DNA from: an uncultured Psychrobacter sp.
Lineage (GTDB): Bacteria; Pseudomonadota; Gammaproteobacteria; Pseudomonadales; Moraxellaceae
Direction: 5' to 3' (one strand)
Length of the DNA: 64,000 bases
NCBI RefSeq assembly: GCF_947501045.1
Contig: NZ_CANMUI010000009.1
Shown: positions 51,148 to 62,603 of the stretch, in pieces
Numbering within the stretch: the first letter of the stretch is position 1
How the letters are laid out: every line of letters starts with the position of its first letter
Program-made: the position numbers and the translations under genes
The notes under the pieces: generated by a model
Told to the model about the DNA's origin: nothing
Seen by the model: only the letters and a program-made list of their open reading frames with translations
Databases searched by the model: none

Positions 51148-54100
51148 CTACATCAGCAGCTCACGTTTACCGCTTTTGCCCATAGAGCTGACCAATCCTG
51201 CCTCCTCCATAGAGTCTACAATGCGAGCGGCGCGGTTATAACCAATACTAAATTTACGCTGAATACTGGAGGCCGATACTTTGCGCGTCTCCATGATAAA
51301 GGCCACGGCATCATTGTACAGATCGTCGTCCTCGCCAGAAGCATTAGCAGAGCCGCCACCGCTCGGACTCGACAATTCAAAATTGCCCGCCATATTATCG
51401 ATATAATCAGGAGCACCGCGCTCACGCCAAGCGTCACAGACGCGGTTGACCTCCTCGTCGCTCACATAAGCGCCATGCACGCGATCCGGCTCAATCTGCC
51501 CTGGCCCTAAAAACAGCATATCGCCGTTACCAAGCATGTCTTCTGCGCCGCCGCTATCCAAAATTGTCCGTGAGTCTACTTTGGAGTTGACTCGCAGCGC
51601 TGCCCGTACCGGAATATTGGCTTTAATCAGACCGGTAATGACATCGACTGATGGGCGCTGAGTCGCGAGCATCAAATGAATGCCAGCAGCCCGCGACTTT
51701 TGGGCTAAGCGGGTGATCAGCTCTTCAGCTTGCTTACCAACCTGCATAATCATATCGGCAAACTCATCGGCGACGATGACGATCATCGGTAGGGTTTTAA
51801 GCTTGGGTGCTTGCTCAATGCTCACGTTGTCATTGGGTCGCCACAATGGATCAAGCATGGGCTTACCTGCTTTTTCGGCAGCGCGTACCTTTTTGTTGAA
51901 CTCATTAAGCTTACGTACTTTAAGCAAACTCATCAGCTGATAACGCCTCTCCATCTCAGCTACGCACCATGACAAGCTGCTCGCCGCTTCGGTCATATCA
52001 GTGACTACGGGCGTTAATAGATGCGGAATATCATTGTAATTGGCAAGCTCAAGCTGCTTTGGATCAATCAGGATCAAACGCAGCTCATTGGGTGTATATT
52101 TAAGCAGCATCGATAATAGCATGGAATTGACCAATACTGATTTACCTGAGCCTGTGGTACCAGCAACCAGCATATGCGGCGCGCGCGCAAGATCGGTAAT
52201 AATAGGGTTGCCACCGATGTCTTTGCCCATCGCCATACTGATTTGCGCTTTGGGGTCTTTGTATTTATCCGTATTTAACAGCTCAATAAGGCGTACCATC
52301 TCACGCTGCTTATTGGGCACTTCGATACCAATATAAGGCTTACCCGGGATGACCTCGACTACCCGCAGGGAGGCCATTGATAAAGAGCGCGCCAGATCGC
52401 GCGAGATACCAGTGACCTTGCTGGCTTTTACTCCAGCAGCTAGCTCCACCTCAAAGCGCGTAACTACCGGTCCGGGGATCGCGTTAACCACAGTCGCTTT
52501 TACATTGAACTCTTGCAACTTAATCTCAAGCAATTCTGATAACTGCTCAAGCTCTGCCATGGTATAGCTGGGTTTACGATCTGGATCTGGCTTATCCAGT
52601 ATCGATACCTCTGGAATAGGCGTTAAACTGCTACGGTAAGCCGCCGTTTGCATAGAGCGCGACTTTTGACTGAATGCCGCATCATCACTGATGTCTGGCA
52701 TAACTGACGTAGCTATCTCATCGTCAGCATCATCGTCTGGCATCATATCAGTGATAAGATTACTACTATCGCCCTCGGGTACCGCAAAGCTCATCGTTGA
52801 CTTGGCAGCAGCTACTGGTTTAGTAGCAGTATTTAACTCAGCTGTCTCTATCGTTGGCGCAGCCTTTGGATTGGCAGGTGGCGTATTAGTAGGAGTCATG
52901 TCCGCTGCTGGCGCTGCGGGTATAGAGGTTTGTACCTCTGAAACTCTTTTATTAGTAGCAGTATCTGAAACAGTAGCAGCTTGCACTTCTACGTGCTGAT
53001 TGTCTGAGGATAGTGATACCGATTGATCAGTTACGGACGTTAAAGCTGACTCTTGTGGTTCTGGCTGCCAAGGCTCCTCGGATTCTGCTGCTATCGACTG
53101 ATAAGCATCCAACCAAGTATCTGCCAATTCAGCAACTTCAGGCGTGATTGCTTCGTCAGATTTATCGTTCAAGGCGGTATCTGTATGATCGGCTGTCTCT
53201 TGCTCAGATTTTTCTGGTTCTAATATCTGCGATGCTACCATCTCTGATTCAGATTCTTTTGTCTCAAAAAACTCTGGTTCAGAAGTAGGCGCTTCAAAAT
53301 CGTTAGCATCAGTGGTATGTGGTGCTCTTGCAAGCGCCGGTATAGCTTTTTGGTCGTCATTGCTAGAATTAGGCGCAGCTGCTAATAGGTCATCAATAAC
53401 ATCGGTATTGTTCCAAGCAAAGCTGGGCTCAACCTTACGTGCTGACGCGGCGTCGATATTATTATGCTTTAGAGTAGACGTAGGGGTTGACAGACTATCA
53501 CTCATAGCGTTCTGATTGGTCGCAGCTTCGGTTGCAAGCGTCGCTTTTACACTAGCGCCAAGTCCTGATTTTATTAAAAAGTCTGTCAATACATCACCAA
53601 AGCGCTCTGTGTCACTTATCGATGCCTGTCCGTGATTAGTTTGTTCGCTATGAGCAGGTTGTAGCTCAAGTGGCAATTGTCCATAGTCAGGTTTGGCTTT
53701 TTTAGACTTTTTACTGATTAAACCTTCTGTAAGCACAGCTTCATTATTCTCTAACGCCTCATCGTTGTCATCTTTTGCATACTGTTCGGTATCGGTAGCC
53801 TCCGCTTTGACACCGGAGCCAAACCACGATAAATCGACAAGTTTATGATATAGCGCTTGCCAATGAATATTGAAGGCAAAAGTAGTCGTAATCACTACAA
53901 ATACGAGCAAGAACAGTACACTGCCCCACTGCGTTAATAGCTGTGCTAAACGTGCCTGCAACTCTAGTCCAATAATACCGCCGGCTACGCCTTCAAGTCC
54001 TGTCACTAGAGGGTTGGCAACTTGCTGTACTAAAGCGACCAGCTGTGCAAACAACGCACTACTACTCAATAATAAAAACACATAAGCAACCACACGCAGT

Positions 54101-54390
54101 GGCCAAAAAGTCGGTTTATTATCCCACCAGATTAAAATGGACTCATAAACTAAAAAGATTAGCAACCACCAAGCCCCAAAACCAAAAAAACTATAAAACA
54201 AATCCGACAGCCACGCGCCCGTAGAGCCGCCCATATTATTAATAGTCGTCATATCACTACTGATATGCGACCAGCTAGGATCATTGCCGGTATAAGTCAG
54301 TAAAATGATAAACAGATAAACTGCCAAAAGTGTCCCAAGGAAAGTAAAAGTTCCTTTTTTCAAGTATTCAATAAATGGTGCTGATATCAC
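51148..54390 (-). CDS. ftsK: DNA translocase FtsK
   Basis: N-terminal 4-TM domain. Long low-complexity linker. C-terminal motor (GTTGSGKS Walker A) and gamma domain. Confidence 0.95.
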   Translation of the reverse strand: MISAPFIEYLKKGTFTFLGTLLAVYLFIILLTYTGNDPSWSHISSDMTTINNMGGSTGAWLSDLFYSFFGFGAWWLLIFLVYESILIWWDNKPTFWPLRVVAYVFLLLSSSALFAQLVALVQQVANPLVTGLEGVAGGIIGLELQARLAQLLTQWGSVLFLLVFVVITTTFAFNIHWQALYHKLVDLSWFGSGVKAEATDTEQYAKDDNDEALENNEAVLTEGLISKKSKKAKPDYGQLPLELQPAHSEQTNHGQASISDTERFGDVLTDFLIKSGLGASVKATLATEAATNQNAMSDSLSTPTSTLKHNNIDAASARKVEPSFAWNNTDVIDDLLAAAPNSSNDDQKAIPALARAPHTTDANDFEAPTSEPEFFETKESESEMVASQILEPEKSEQETADHTDTALNDKSDEAITPEVAELADTWLDAYQSIAAESEEPWQPEPQESALTSVTDQSVSLSSDNQHVEVQAATVSDTATNKRVSEVQTSIPAAPAADMTPTNTPPANPKAAPTIETAELNTATKPVAAAKSTMSFAVPEGDSSNLITDMMPDDDADDEIATSVMPDISDDAAFSQKSRSMQTAAYRSSLTPIPEVSILDKPDPDRKPSYTMAELEQLSELLEIKLQEFNVKATVVNAIPGPVVTRFEVELAAGVKASKVTGISRDLARSLSMASLRVVEVIPGKPYIGIEVPNKQREMVRLIELLNTDKYKDPKAQISMAMGKDIGGNPIITDLARAPHMLVAGTTGSGKSVLVNSMLLSMLLKYTPNELRLILIDPKQLELANYNDIPHLLTPVVTDMTEAASSLSWCVAEMERRYQLMSLLKVRKLNEFNKKVRAAEKAGKPMLDPLWRPNDNVSIEQAPKLKTLPMIVIVADEFADMIMQVGKQAEELITRLAQKSRAAGIHLMLATQRPSVDVITGLIKANIPVRAALRVNSKVDSRTILDSGGAEDMLGNGDMLFLGPGQIEPDRVHGAYVSDEEVNRVCDAWRERGAPDYIDNMAGNFELSSPSGGGSANASGEDDDLYNDAVAFIMETRKVSASSIQRKFSIGYNRAARIVDSMEEAGLVSSMGKSGKRELLM

Positions 54391-55052
54391 GTAGGATCTG
54401 CCTTGTTATTCATACTAAATAGTTGTCAATTCATGATTGAGTGCAATCATATTGACTGGATATGCTGATATAAGTTTACGTCACTAAACACTTATAATAA
54501 ACTAACCATTATAAGACATCTAAGCTTCGCTTATGGCGTAAAATATGGATCTAATTACGAGCTCACCATAAGACTCTTCGTAAGCTTAGTACTGTGCTAA
54601 AGACTCTTATTGCTATCTTGATTACGACAGCTAGCCTTCATCGCTGATTGGGCTTGGCCTAACTTGTTATAATAACAAATACTTAGGTTAAGTGGCGAGC
54701 GTGTTATAAAGAAAGCAGGCAATAGAACACTTTAATAACGCAATTAAAAGCAAGCAGACACACAATAGTGGTTATAGAGCGGTTGTAGATAGAAGGCTAC
54801 GCTATATAATTTGCAATAAAGACAATTCTTTATACCTGTATAATATCCTAACTCTACTGATATCAAAGCTGTGAGTATCGCTACTATAATTAAATCAACT
54901 GTACTTTAATTCTAATAATACCCATATTTGCTTTAGCAAACTTGTGCTCTGTGGCGACTGCCCCTATGTTAGTAACATTAATAATGAATATGCTATAAAA
55001 TTTCTACTTTTTCTCTTTATTTTGTTAAATTTCATATTTTTAAAACTCGTAA

Positions 55053-56102
<1,050 letters not shown>

Positions 56103-56954
56103 GTGAGCTCACCTGCTAAAAACGCTGCAGATACTAATAATAACTGTGCTGTTGATACCCAAAATATTAATAGCCCTCAAGTAACGCCTGAGACCCTAAA
56201 AAGTCTTGGGCGTTACAATTTTCCAGATCCTGCTTTGGTCGATCCTGATGGTATTGGTATTGTGGCAGTCGGTGGTGATTTGGCACCTGAGACCTTAATA
56301 TCTGCTTACGCCCAAGGCCTTTTTCCTTGGTTCAATGAGGATGATCCTGTTGCTTGGTGGTGTCCCCAGCCGCGCTGCGTCATCGTGCCCAGCGACTATG
56401 TACCAAGTAAATCCTTAAAAAAACAAGCAGCACGTACGCGATGGCAGGTGACACTTGATCAAGCCTTTGATGAGGTGATACACGCTTGCAGCCTACCGCG
56501 CTGTGACGACTTCAATAATGAGCATTCTGATGGCGCGCATACTTGGATTCATGATGAGATGATTGAAGCTTATACCGAGCTGTATAATTATGGCTTTGCT
56601 CATAGTATAGAGGTCTGGGATGAGAATAAAAATTTAATCGGCGGCTTATATGGACTCAAATTAGGCCGAGTTTATTTTGGCGAATCTATGTTCCACCGGG
56701 CCTCTAATGCTTCAAAAATTGCCTTTTGGAGCTTGATGGCTTTATGTCAGCAAAGCAAAGTAGAGCTAGTAGATTGTCAGTTGGTTAATGATCATTTGCT
56801 AAGCCTAGGCGCGACCACTCGATCGCGTAATGAATTTTTGACTGAATTAAACACCTTAATTGGTAGTGGCTCTGATAAGTGGCAACATAGTGCTTATAAA
56901 GCACTGTCCGTCTCTCGTCTCAACGATATAGAGCCATGGCAGCGCAAGCACTAA
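56103..56954 (+). CDS. aat: leucyl/phenylalanyl-tRNA--protein transferase
   Basis: GLFPWFNEDDPVAWWCPQPRCV core. GTG start abutting the trxB stop. About 35-aa N-terminal extension relative to E. coli Aat, so the start is uncertain. Confidence 0.8.
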   Translation: MSSPAKNAADTNNNCAVDTQNINSPQVTPETLKSLGRYNFPDPALVDPDGIGIVAVGGDLAPETLISAYAQGLFPWFNEDDPVAWWCPQPRCVIVPSDYVPSKSLKKQAARTRWQVTLDQAFDEVIHACSLPRCDDFNNEHSDGAHTWIHDEMIEAYTELYNYGFAHSIEVWDENKNLIGGLYGLKLGRVYFGESMFHRASNASKIAFWSLMALCQQSKVELVDCQLVNDHLLSLGATTRSRNEFLTELNTLIGSGSDKWQHSAYKALSVSRLNDIEPWQRKH

Positions 56955-57084
56955 AGCTGACATTTATTACAGCTATCATTTAATTCTAAAGGTAACCTTA
57001 ATCTCTACGCTACTTTTGAGTCTTATTATCCTTTTTAAATCGCCTACTTGTAGAAGGCTTAATTCCTAGACATGAGGTTGTTGT

Positions 57085-57498
57085 ATGGCACCTGACACAT
57101 CGTTTCTACTCATTGGTGCACTAGCAGCGCAGGCTCACACCACTAAAGATACGATACGTCACTATGATCAGCTGGGTCTCCTCAAGTCACGCAAACGCCA
57201 AGCAGGGTCACGTCTATATACTGAGTTTCATCCCGAATGTATTGAACGTGTTAAGCTGATAAAAAGTGCGCAAGCGATTGGCTTTACACTGACCGAAATC
57301 AAGAACTGCCTTAATGACTACTATGAAGGGCATCTTGATCTTGATAAGCAAATAAAGGTTGTTGAGCAAAAACTTGCACAAGTTAAAGAGCAGCAAGCCA
57401 ATATCAACCTTATGGTTAAGCTACTAACTGAACAAGTTGCTACCCTTGAATGTAGAAAAAGCGCCGATCTTGCTAGTTCGTGCAAACTAAAAGATTAA
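57085..57498 (+). CDS. MerR-family transcriptional regulator
   Basis: N-terminal HTH (IGALAAQAHTTKDTIRHYDQLGLL). Coiled-coil dimerisation helix. C-terminal Cys-x9-Cys. Confidence 0.75.
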   Translation: MAPDTSFLLIGALAAQAHTTKDTIRHYDQLGLLKSRKRQAGSRLYTEFHPECIERVKLIKSAQAIGFTLTEIKNCLNDYYEGHLDLDKQIKVVEQKLAQVKEQQANINLMVKLLTEQVATLECRKSADLASSCKLKD

Positions 57499-57567
57499 GA
57501 TCTCTAGCTGAGTTCTACCCTTGATTCTCATCATTAAGCTTTATAGTTGACACACTTTAGAATAGGT

Positions 57568-57648
57568 ACAGTGCTGCTGGTATTAATTTCCCTTGTGTGC
57601 TGTGTCTACGCTGACAGAGGCTGCACGAAATTAATACCAGCAGCACGT
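57568..57648. repeat. perfect 20-bp inverted repeat (GTGCTGCTGGTATTAATTTC / GAAATTAATACCAGCAGCAC) with 36-nt spacer
   Basis: Read from sequence. Lies between convergent MerR-family and GNAT genes. Confidence 0.6.
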
Positions 57649-57662
57649 AGAGTGTGCCAATT

Positions 57663-58163
57663 TTATTTAGGATTGACTATATAGCTAAGCTCCATAACCA
57701 AAGCATCAATTGACGGCTGATGCAGGGTTTGATAATAGTTATGGCGGCGATGAATAATAGCAAAGCCCTGCTGCTTATACAGTGCTATGGCAGGAGTATT
57801 ATCTTCTCGTACCTCTAGCAACAAACTCATAACTTCTTTGCTTTGTAACTCTTTATTGATCTCAAAAAATAATTGCGAAGCGACGCCTCGGCGCTGATAA
57901 CAGGGATGCGTACCAATACGCAATATCTCTGCTTGCTCAAATAGCAGCTGATACAAACAGTAACCCACGACCCTCTGTTTTTCTTCTTGAGTACACTCAA
58001 TGACTATCAGTAACTCTACCCCTTCTTGGCTCAGCATATCCTTGATCGTGTTATAAGCCCAAGCATCTTGCGGCTGAATGCTGGCTTCAATGCCAGCCAC
58101 ATCTTTTATGACATTTATACTTTCATCATTGATAGTCCTGATCCTTTGTGTACTAAGCATCAA
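57663..58163 (-). CDS. rimI: GNAT N-acetyltransferase, RimI-like
   Basis: Acetyl-CoA binding motif QRRGVASQLF. About 165 aa. Confidence 0.6.
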   Translation of the reverse strand: MMLSTQRIRTINDESINVIKDVAGIEASIQPQDAWAYNTIKDMLSQEGVELLIVIECTQEEKQRVVGYCLYQLLFEQAEILRIGTHPCYQRRGVASQLFFEINKELQSKEVMSLLLEVREDNTPAIALYKQQGFAIIHRRHNYYQTLHQPSIDALVMELSYIVNPK

Positions 58164-58255
58164 CTATTACTCCTTTTTTATTTTTCTAGTTTATACACAG
58201 CGGCTCATAGATAATGACAATATAGCATCGAAGATATCATTTCAAAATAAGCACG

Positions 58256-58294
58256 CACAAAAAAAGCCGCTCTCATAAGAGAACGGCTTTTAGC
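58256..58294. terminator. rho-independent terminator downstream of tuf (minus-strand transcript)
   Basis: GCCGTTCTC-loop-GAGAGCGGC followed by a T-run on the minus strand. Confidence 0.6.
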
Positions 58295-58372
58295 TAGTAG
58301 GCTAAGACTTTCAAATATCTTTATAGTCCTTAACCTACAGCTCTACTTAGTGATTAAACTAGTTACTAAATA

Positions 58373-59563
58373 TTAATTGCTTACGCTTGCAACTACACCA
58401 GCACCTACCGTACGGCCGCCTTCACGAATCGCGAAACGTAGGCCTTTGTCCATAGCGATGGGGTGGATAAGCTCTACGCCCATCTCAACGTTGTCGCCAG
58501 GCATTACCATTTCAGTACCGTCTTGTAATTGGATTGCGCCAGTCACGTCAGTGGTACGGAAGTAGAACTGTGGACGATAGCCGTTTAGGAATGGCGTGTG
58601 ACGACCACCTTCTTCTTTTGACAGTACATAGACTTCGGCGTCAAACTTGGTGTGCGGGGTGATTGAACCAGGCTTCGCTAGTACTTGGCCACGTTGCACG
58701 TCTTCGCGCTTAGTACCACGTAATAGGACACCACAGTTCTCACCAGCACGACCTTCGTCAAGCAGCTTACGGAACATCTCAACACCAGTACAGGTGGTTT
58801 TTTGGGTCGGACGGATACCAACGATTTCAATCTCGTCGCCGACTTTTACGATACCTGATTCCACACGACCAGTTACTACGGTACCACGACCTGAGATTGA
58901 AAAGACGTCTTCGATGGGCATAAGGAATGCTTTGTCGATGTCACGCTCAGGCTCTGGGATGTAGGTGTCTAGGATGCCGAGTAGTTCGACAACAGCAGGT
59001 TCGCCATAAGGACCGTCAGAGCCTTTTAGGGCTTCTGTTGCTGAGCCTTTGACGATTGGGGTGTCGTCGCCTGGGAAGTCGTAGTCGTTAAGGAGTTCAC
59101 GAACTTCCATTTCAACGAGTTCTAGTAGCTCTTCGTCGTCAACAAGGTCGCACTTGTTCATGAAGACGATGATGTACGGTACGCCAACCTGACGTGATAG
59201 CAAGATGTGCTCACGAGTTTGTGGCATAGGGCCATCGGTCGCTGAGACGACTAGGATGGCGCCGTCCATTTGTGCGGCACCGGTAATCATGTTTTTAACG
59301 TAGTCAGCGTGACCGGGGCAATCAACGTGCGCGTAGTGACGAGCTTCGGTGTCATACTCTACGTGTGAGGTGTTGATGGTGATGCCACGAGCTTTTTCTT
59401 CAGGGGCGCTATCAATTGACGCGTAGTCTTTGGCTTCGCCGCCTGAGGTTTTAGCGGCTACGGTTGCGATAGCAGCAGTTAGTGTGGTTTTGCCGTGGTC
59501 AACGTGTCCGATGGTGCCGACGTTGACGTGGGGCTTGTTGCGTTCAAACTTGGCCTTTGCCAT
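58373..59563 (-). CDS. tuf: elongation factor Tu
   Basis: [28 protein letters not shown] ... full-length EF-Tu. The ORF track is over-extended by 13 codons at the 5' end. Confidence 0.97.
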   Translation of the reverse strand: MAKAKFERNKPHVNVGTIGHVDHGKTTLTAAIATVAAKTSGGEAKDYASIDSAPEEKARGITINTSHVEYDTEARHYAHVDCPGHADYVKNMITGAAQMDGAILVVSATDGPMPQTREHILLSRQVGVPYIIVFMNKCDLVDDEELLELVEMEVRELLNDYDFPGDDTPIVKGSATEALKGSDGPYGEPAVVELLGILDTYIPEPERDIDKAFLMPIEDVFSISGRGTVVTGRVESGIVKVGDEIEIVGIRPTQKTTCTGVEMFRKLLDEGRAGENCGVLLRGTKREDVQRGQVLAKPGSITPHTKFDAEVYVLSKEEGGRHTPFLNGYRPQFYFRTTDVTGAIQLQDGTEMVMPGDNVEMGVELIHPIAMDKGLRFAIREGGRTVGAGVVASVSN

Positions 59564-59959
59564 GGGGTTCTTCCTCTTTATTGGTGAATCTTCATTGATC
59601 AAAGATCGGTAAATAATGGTTTAACGGCTTATCATGAATTAAAACCATCAAACTGTTGACGCTAGGATTCGTTTACTAGCTTTTATTCATCAGCATAGCT
59701 GTAATATATGGGTGCTATACTTGTTTTTTCAACTTATTTGCTAGACTAAAGTACAAAAAATTTTCACTATTTCGTTTTACTAGAACGGCATCAAACATTA
59801 AGGCATTGACAGCACTAAAAGGCAACACCTTAGTGTCACCTTTAATTTATTATCTATCAAGCTGACTTTATATTTTTTAGTATCAATATAGAACTTTATA
59901 TAATAACTGTGGCTCTATCTAATTTAGATCGCCAATCATCAATACAAATAGATGATAAA

Positions 59960-60034
<75 letters not shown>

Positions 60035-60156
60035 GTGTTTTAAATAAACCGCTATTTACTAAAAAAAATATCACGAGACAGTTAATAAATATAACTGATA
60101 GTCGTGACTGATTGTTTAGTATTTTATTTAATATTATCTACAGCTGATAGTGTATA

Positions 60157-60230
60157 TGGAGCGGGTGGCGGGAATCGAACCCGCGTCATTAGCTTGGAAG
60201 GCTAAGGTGTTACCATTATACCACACCCGC
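60157..60230 (-). tRNA. tRNA-Gly (anticodon TCC), copy 1
   Basis: Reverse complement GCGGGTGTGGTATAATGGTA...CCTTCCAAG...GGTTCGATTCC...CCA. Confidence 0.85.
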
Positions 60231-60289
60231 AATAACTCAAACTGTCGTGATGAATGATTAGATAATGGTTTAAAATTCTATTACATATA

Positions 60290-60363
60290 TGGAGCGGGCG
60301 GTAGGAATCGAACCCACGTCTTTAGCTTGGAAAGCTAATATGTAACCACTACACTGCACCCGC
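60290..60363 (-). tRNA. tRNA-Gly (anticodon TCC), copy 2
   Basis: Reverse complement GCGGGTGCAGTGTAGTGGTTA...CTTTCCAAG...GGTTCGATTCC...CCA. Confidence 0.8.
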
Positions 60364-60423
60364 ACAAGCTGTTATAAAGTCCAGTATTAATAACACTAGC
60401 TGTTGTAACAAACTTTAAAAATA

Positions 60424-60507
60424 TGGTGGTGGGAGAAGGATTCGAACCTTCGAAGCTTTCGCGACAGATTTACAGTCTGTTGGGTTTGACCGCTCCCCAA
60501 TCCCACC
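60424..60507 (-). tRNA. tRNA-Tyr (anticodon GTA)
   Basis: Reverse complement GGTGGGATTGGGGAGCGG...GACTGTAAATC... long variable arm ...GGTTCGAATCC...CCA. Confidence 0.85.
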
Positions 60508-60568
60508 TTATGTTGCTTTTAATAAAACATTTTAGCAAAAAATTTTTAGAAAAAGCTACCTTGAAGAA

Positions 60569-60644
<76 letters not shown>

Positions 60645-60819
60645 TTGTTCCTTCAAAGTGGGGAGTATTCTATCAAATATATCTTAGAATACAAGCCTTA
60701 TTTCTGCTTTTTCACAGTTTTTTTTGTGAACGTTGATAAAATATTGATTATATTGCTATTTTTATCGCCTATATTATATTCTCTTATAAGCGTTTATAAC
60801 AAAAGCATGTAAGCCATAT

Positions 60820-62316
60820 TTAGCGGATACGCAGTCCATCACAAGCCATTTTTACCGCTTTGACCAGTGCTAAAGCTTTTTTGTTGGTTTCATCCCACTC
60901 AGCCTCTGGTACTGAGTCAGCAACTACCCCAGCACCGGCCTGAATATGAATCTTGCCGCGGCGCATGACTGCGGTGCGAATAGCGATGGCTGTATCCATA
61001 TTGCCATGCCAGCCAAGATAACCTACTGAGCCACCAAATACTGTACGACGTACTGGCTCTATCTCATCAATGATTTGCATGGCACGGATTTTGGGAGCGC
61101 CTGACAAAGTTCCTGCAGGAAAAGTAGCGCAGAACACATCTAAAGCATCTTTATCAGCGGCTATTGTACCCTCAACGTTTGAGGCAATGTGCATCACTTG
61201 CGAGTAACGCTCAATGAGCATCTTTTCAGTAACTTTGACAGTACCATACTCACATACGCGGCCAATATCATTGCGTCCTAAATCTATGAGCATCAAATGC
61301 TCAGCAATCTCTTTTTGATCAGCCAGCAGCTCTTGCTCAAGCGCCAAGTCCTCAACTTCATCCAAGCCGCGCTTGCGTGTCCCAGCGAGAGGACGCACGG
61401 TTACTTTGCCATTCTCTATCCGCGATAATATCTCAGGAGAGGCGCCAATGATATCAAAACGCTTATGATCATCTAAAGTATAACCATGAACCAAAAATAA
61501 ATACGGTGATGGATTCAAAAACCGCAGGGCACGATAAACCGCTAGTGAGTCACCTTTGTAATCTGCTGTCAAGCGCTGTGCGGGAACCACCTGCATAACG
61601 TCGCCTGCTAAAATATAGTCTTTGATTTTATTGACATCGCTACAGTACTTATCTTTTCCGGTTTGGGAGACGAATTTGGGGGTTGGCATAATAGGCGTAG
61701 TCAAATCTGGCATCTCAGCCAGTTTGTCCTCAATTTTTTGTAGCTCGCGTATAGCATCGCCATAGCCGTCTTCATCATGACAATCAGCATAAACAATGAT
61801 CGAGAGAGTGTTTTCTAAGTTATCAAAAACAATGACACTCATTGACAGCGTTAACCACATATCAGGCAAAGTCATAGGGTTTGGCGCAGCGGATAGTCCA
61901 ACGCTTGGTTCAATCACCCGCACCATATCGTAGCCAAAGTAACCGACCAATCCGCCACTAAAGCTTGGTAGCGCCTCAACCTCGTCTACTGTTGGCATCT
62001 TATAATCGCGCATCAGCTTACGAATATAATCAAAGGGATCGTCAACGGCACTGGTGTCGATATGATCCTCTTTTTTAGTCATCATATTGCCATCGGTATA
62101 CTGCAAAATTAAATCATTACCCAGACCAATCATTGAATACCGTGCCCAGCGCTCGCCTCCTACTACCGACTCAAATAAATACGCCGAACCGCTCAAATCA
62201 CGTACTTTGGAGAACACCGATACCGGAGTTTGTGCATCCATTAGACGTTTTTTGACAAGCGGAGCATGACTAAAGCCACGAGCTTTAAAGTCACTATATT
62301 CTTCAAAGGTCATCAT
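60820..62316 (-). CDS. trpE: anthranilate synthase component I
   Basis: Chorismate-binding enzyme fold (LFESV..., GYFGYD, LAGTRKRG, GGSVGY, IRTA). About 498 aa. No adjacent trpG. Confidence 0.8.
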   Translation of the reverse strand: MMTFEEYSDFKARGFSHAPLVKKRLMDAQTPVSVFSKVRDLSGSAYLFESVVGGERWARYSMIGLGNDLILQYTDGNMMTKKEDHIDTSAVDDPFDYIRKLMRDYKMPTVDEVEALPSFSGGLVGYFGYDMVRVIEPSVGLSAAPNPMTLPDMWLTLSMSVIVFDNLENTLSIIVYADCHDEDGYGDAIRELQKIEDKLAEMPDLTTPIMPTPKFVSQTGKDKYCSDVNKIKDYILAGDVMQVVPAQRLTADYKGDSLAVYRALRFLNPSPYLFLVHGYTLDDHKRFDIIGASPEILSRIENGKVTVRPLAGTRKRGLDEVEDLALEQELLADQKEIAEHLMLIDLGRNDIGRVCEYGTVKVTEKMLIERYSQVMHIASNVEGTIAADKDALDVFCATFPAGTLSGAPKIRAMQIIDEIEPVRRTVFGGSVGYLGWHGNMDTAIAIRTAVMRRGKIHIQAGAGVVADSVPEAEWDETNKKALALVKAVKMACDGLRIR

Positions 62317-62603
62317 AATAAGCAGTCTCTTAGTACATCATTAACAAAGAATAAAAATAATAAAAGCAGAAAAAAACCACAGCGTAAGTTCCATACTATG
62401 GAGCCCACACTGAAAATAAATAGAGAGAAAACAACTTAAGTCCATCTAAAACTCAGTTAGCCAGTATAACAAAACTGGCTAACATTTGGGTTTGGGACAG
62501 CTAAATAACTTATGTAAGTCTGAGTACGTGTGCCTCTATTTTTTATGGTCTAAAAATAGCTATCACTAGTACCATATTTGAATCATCAAACAGACCCTAA
62601 GTA

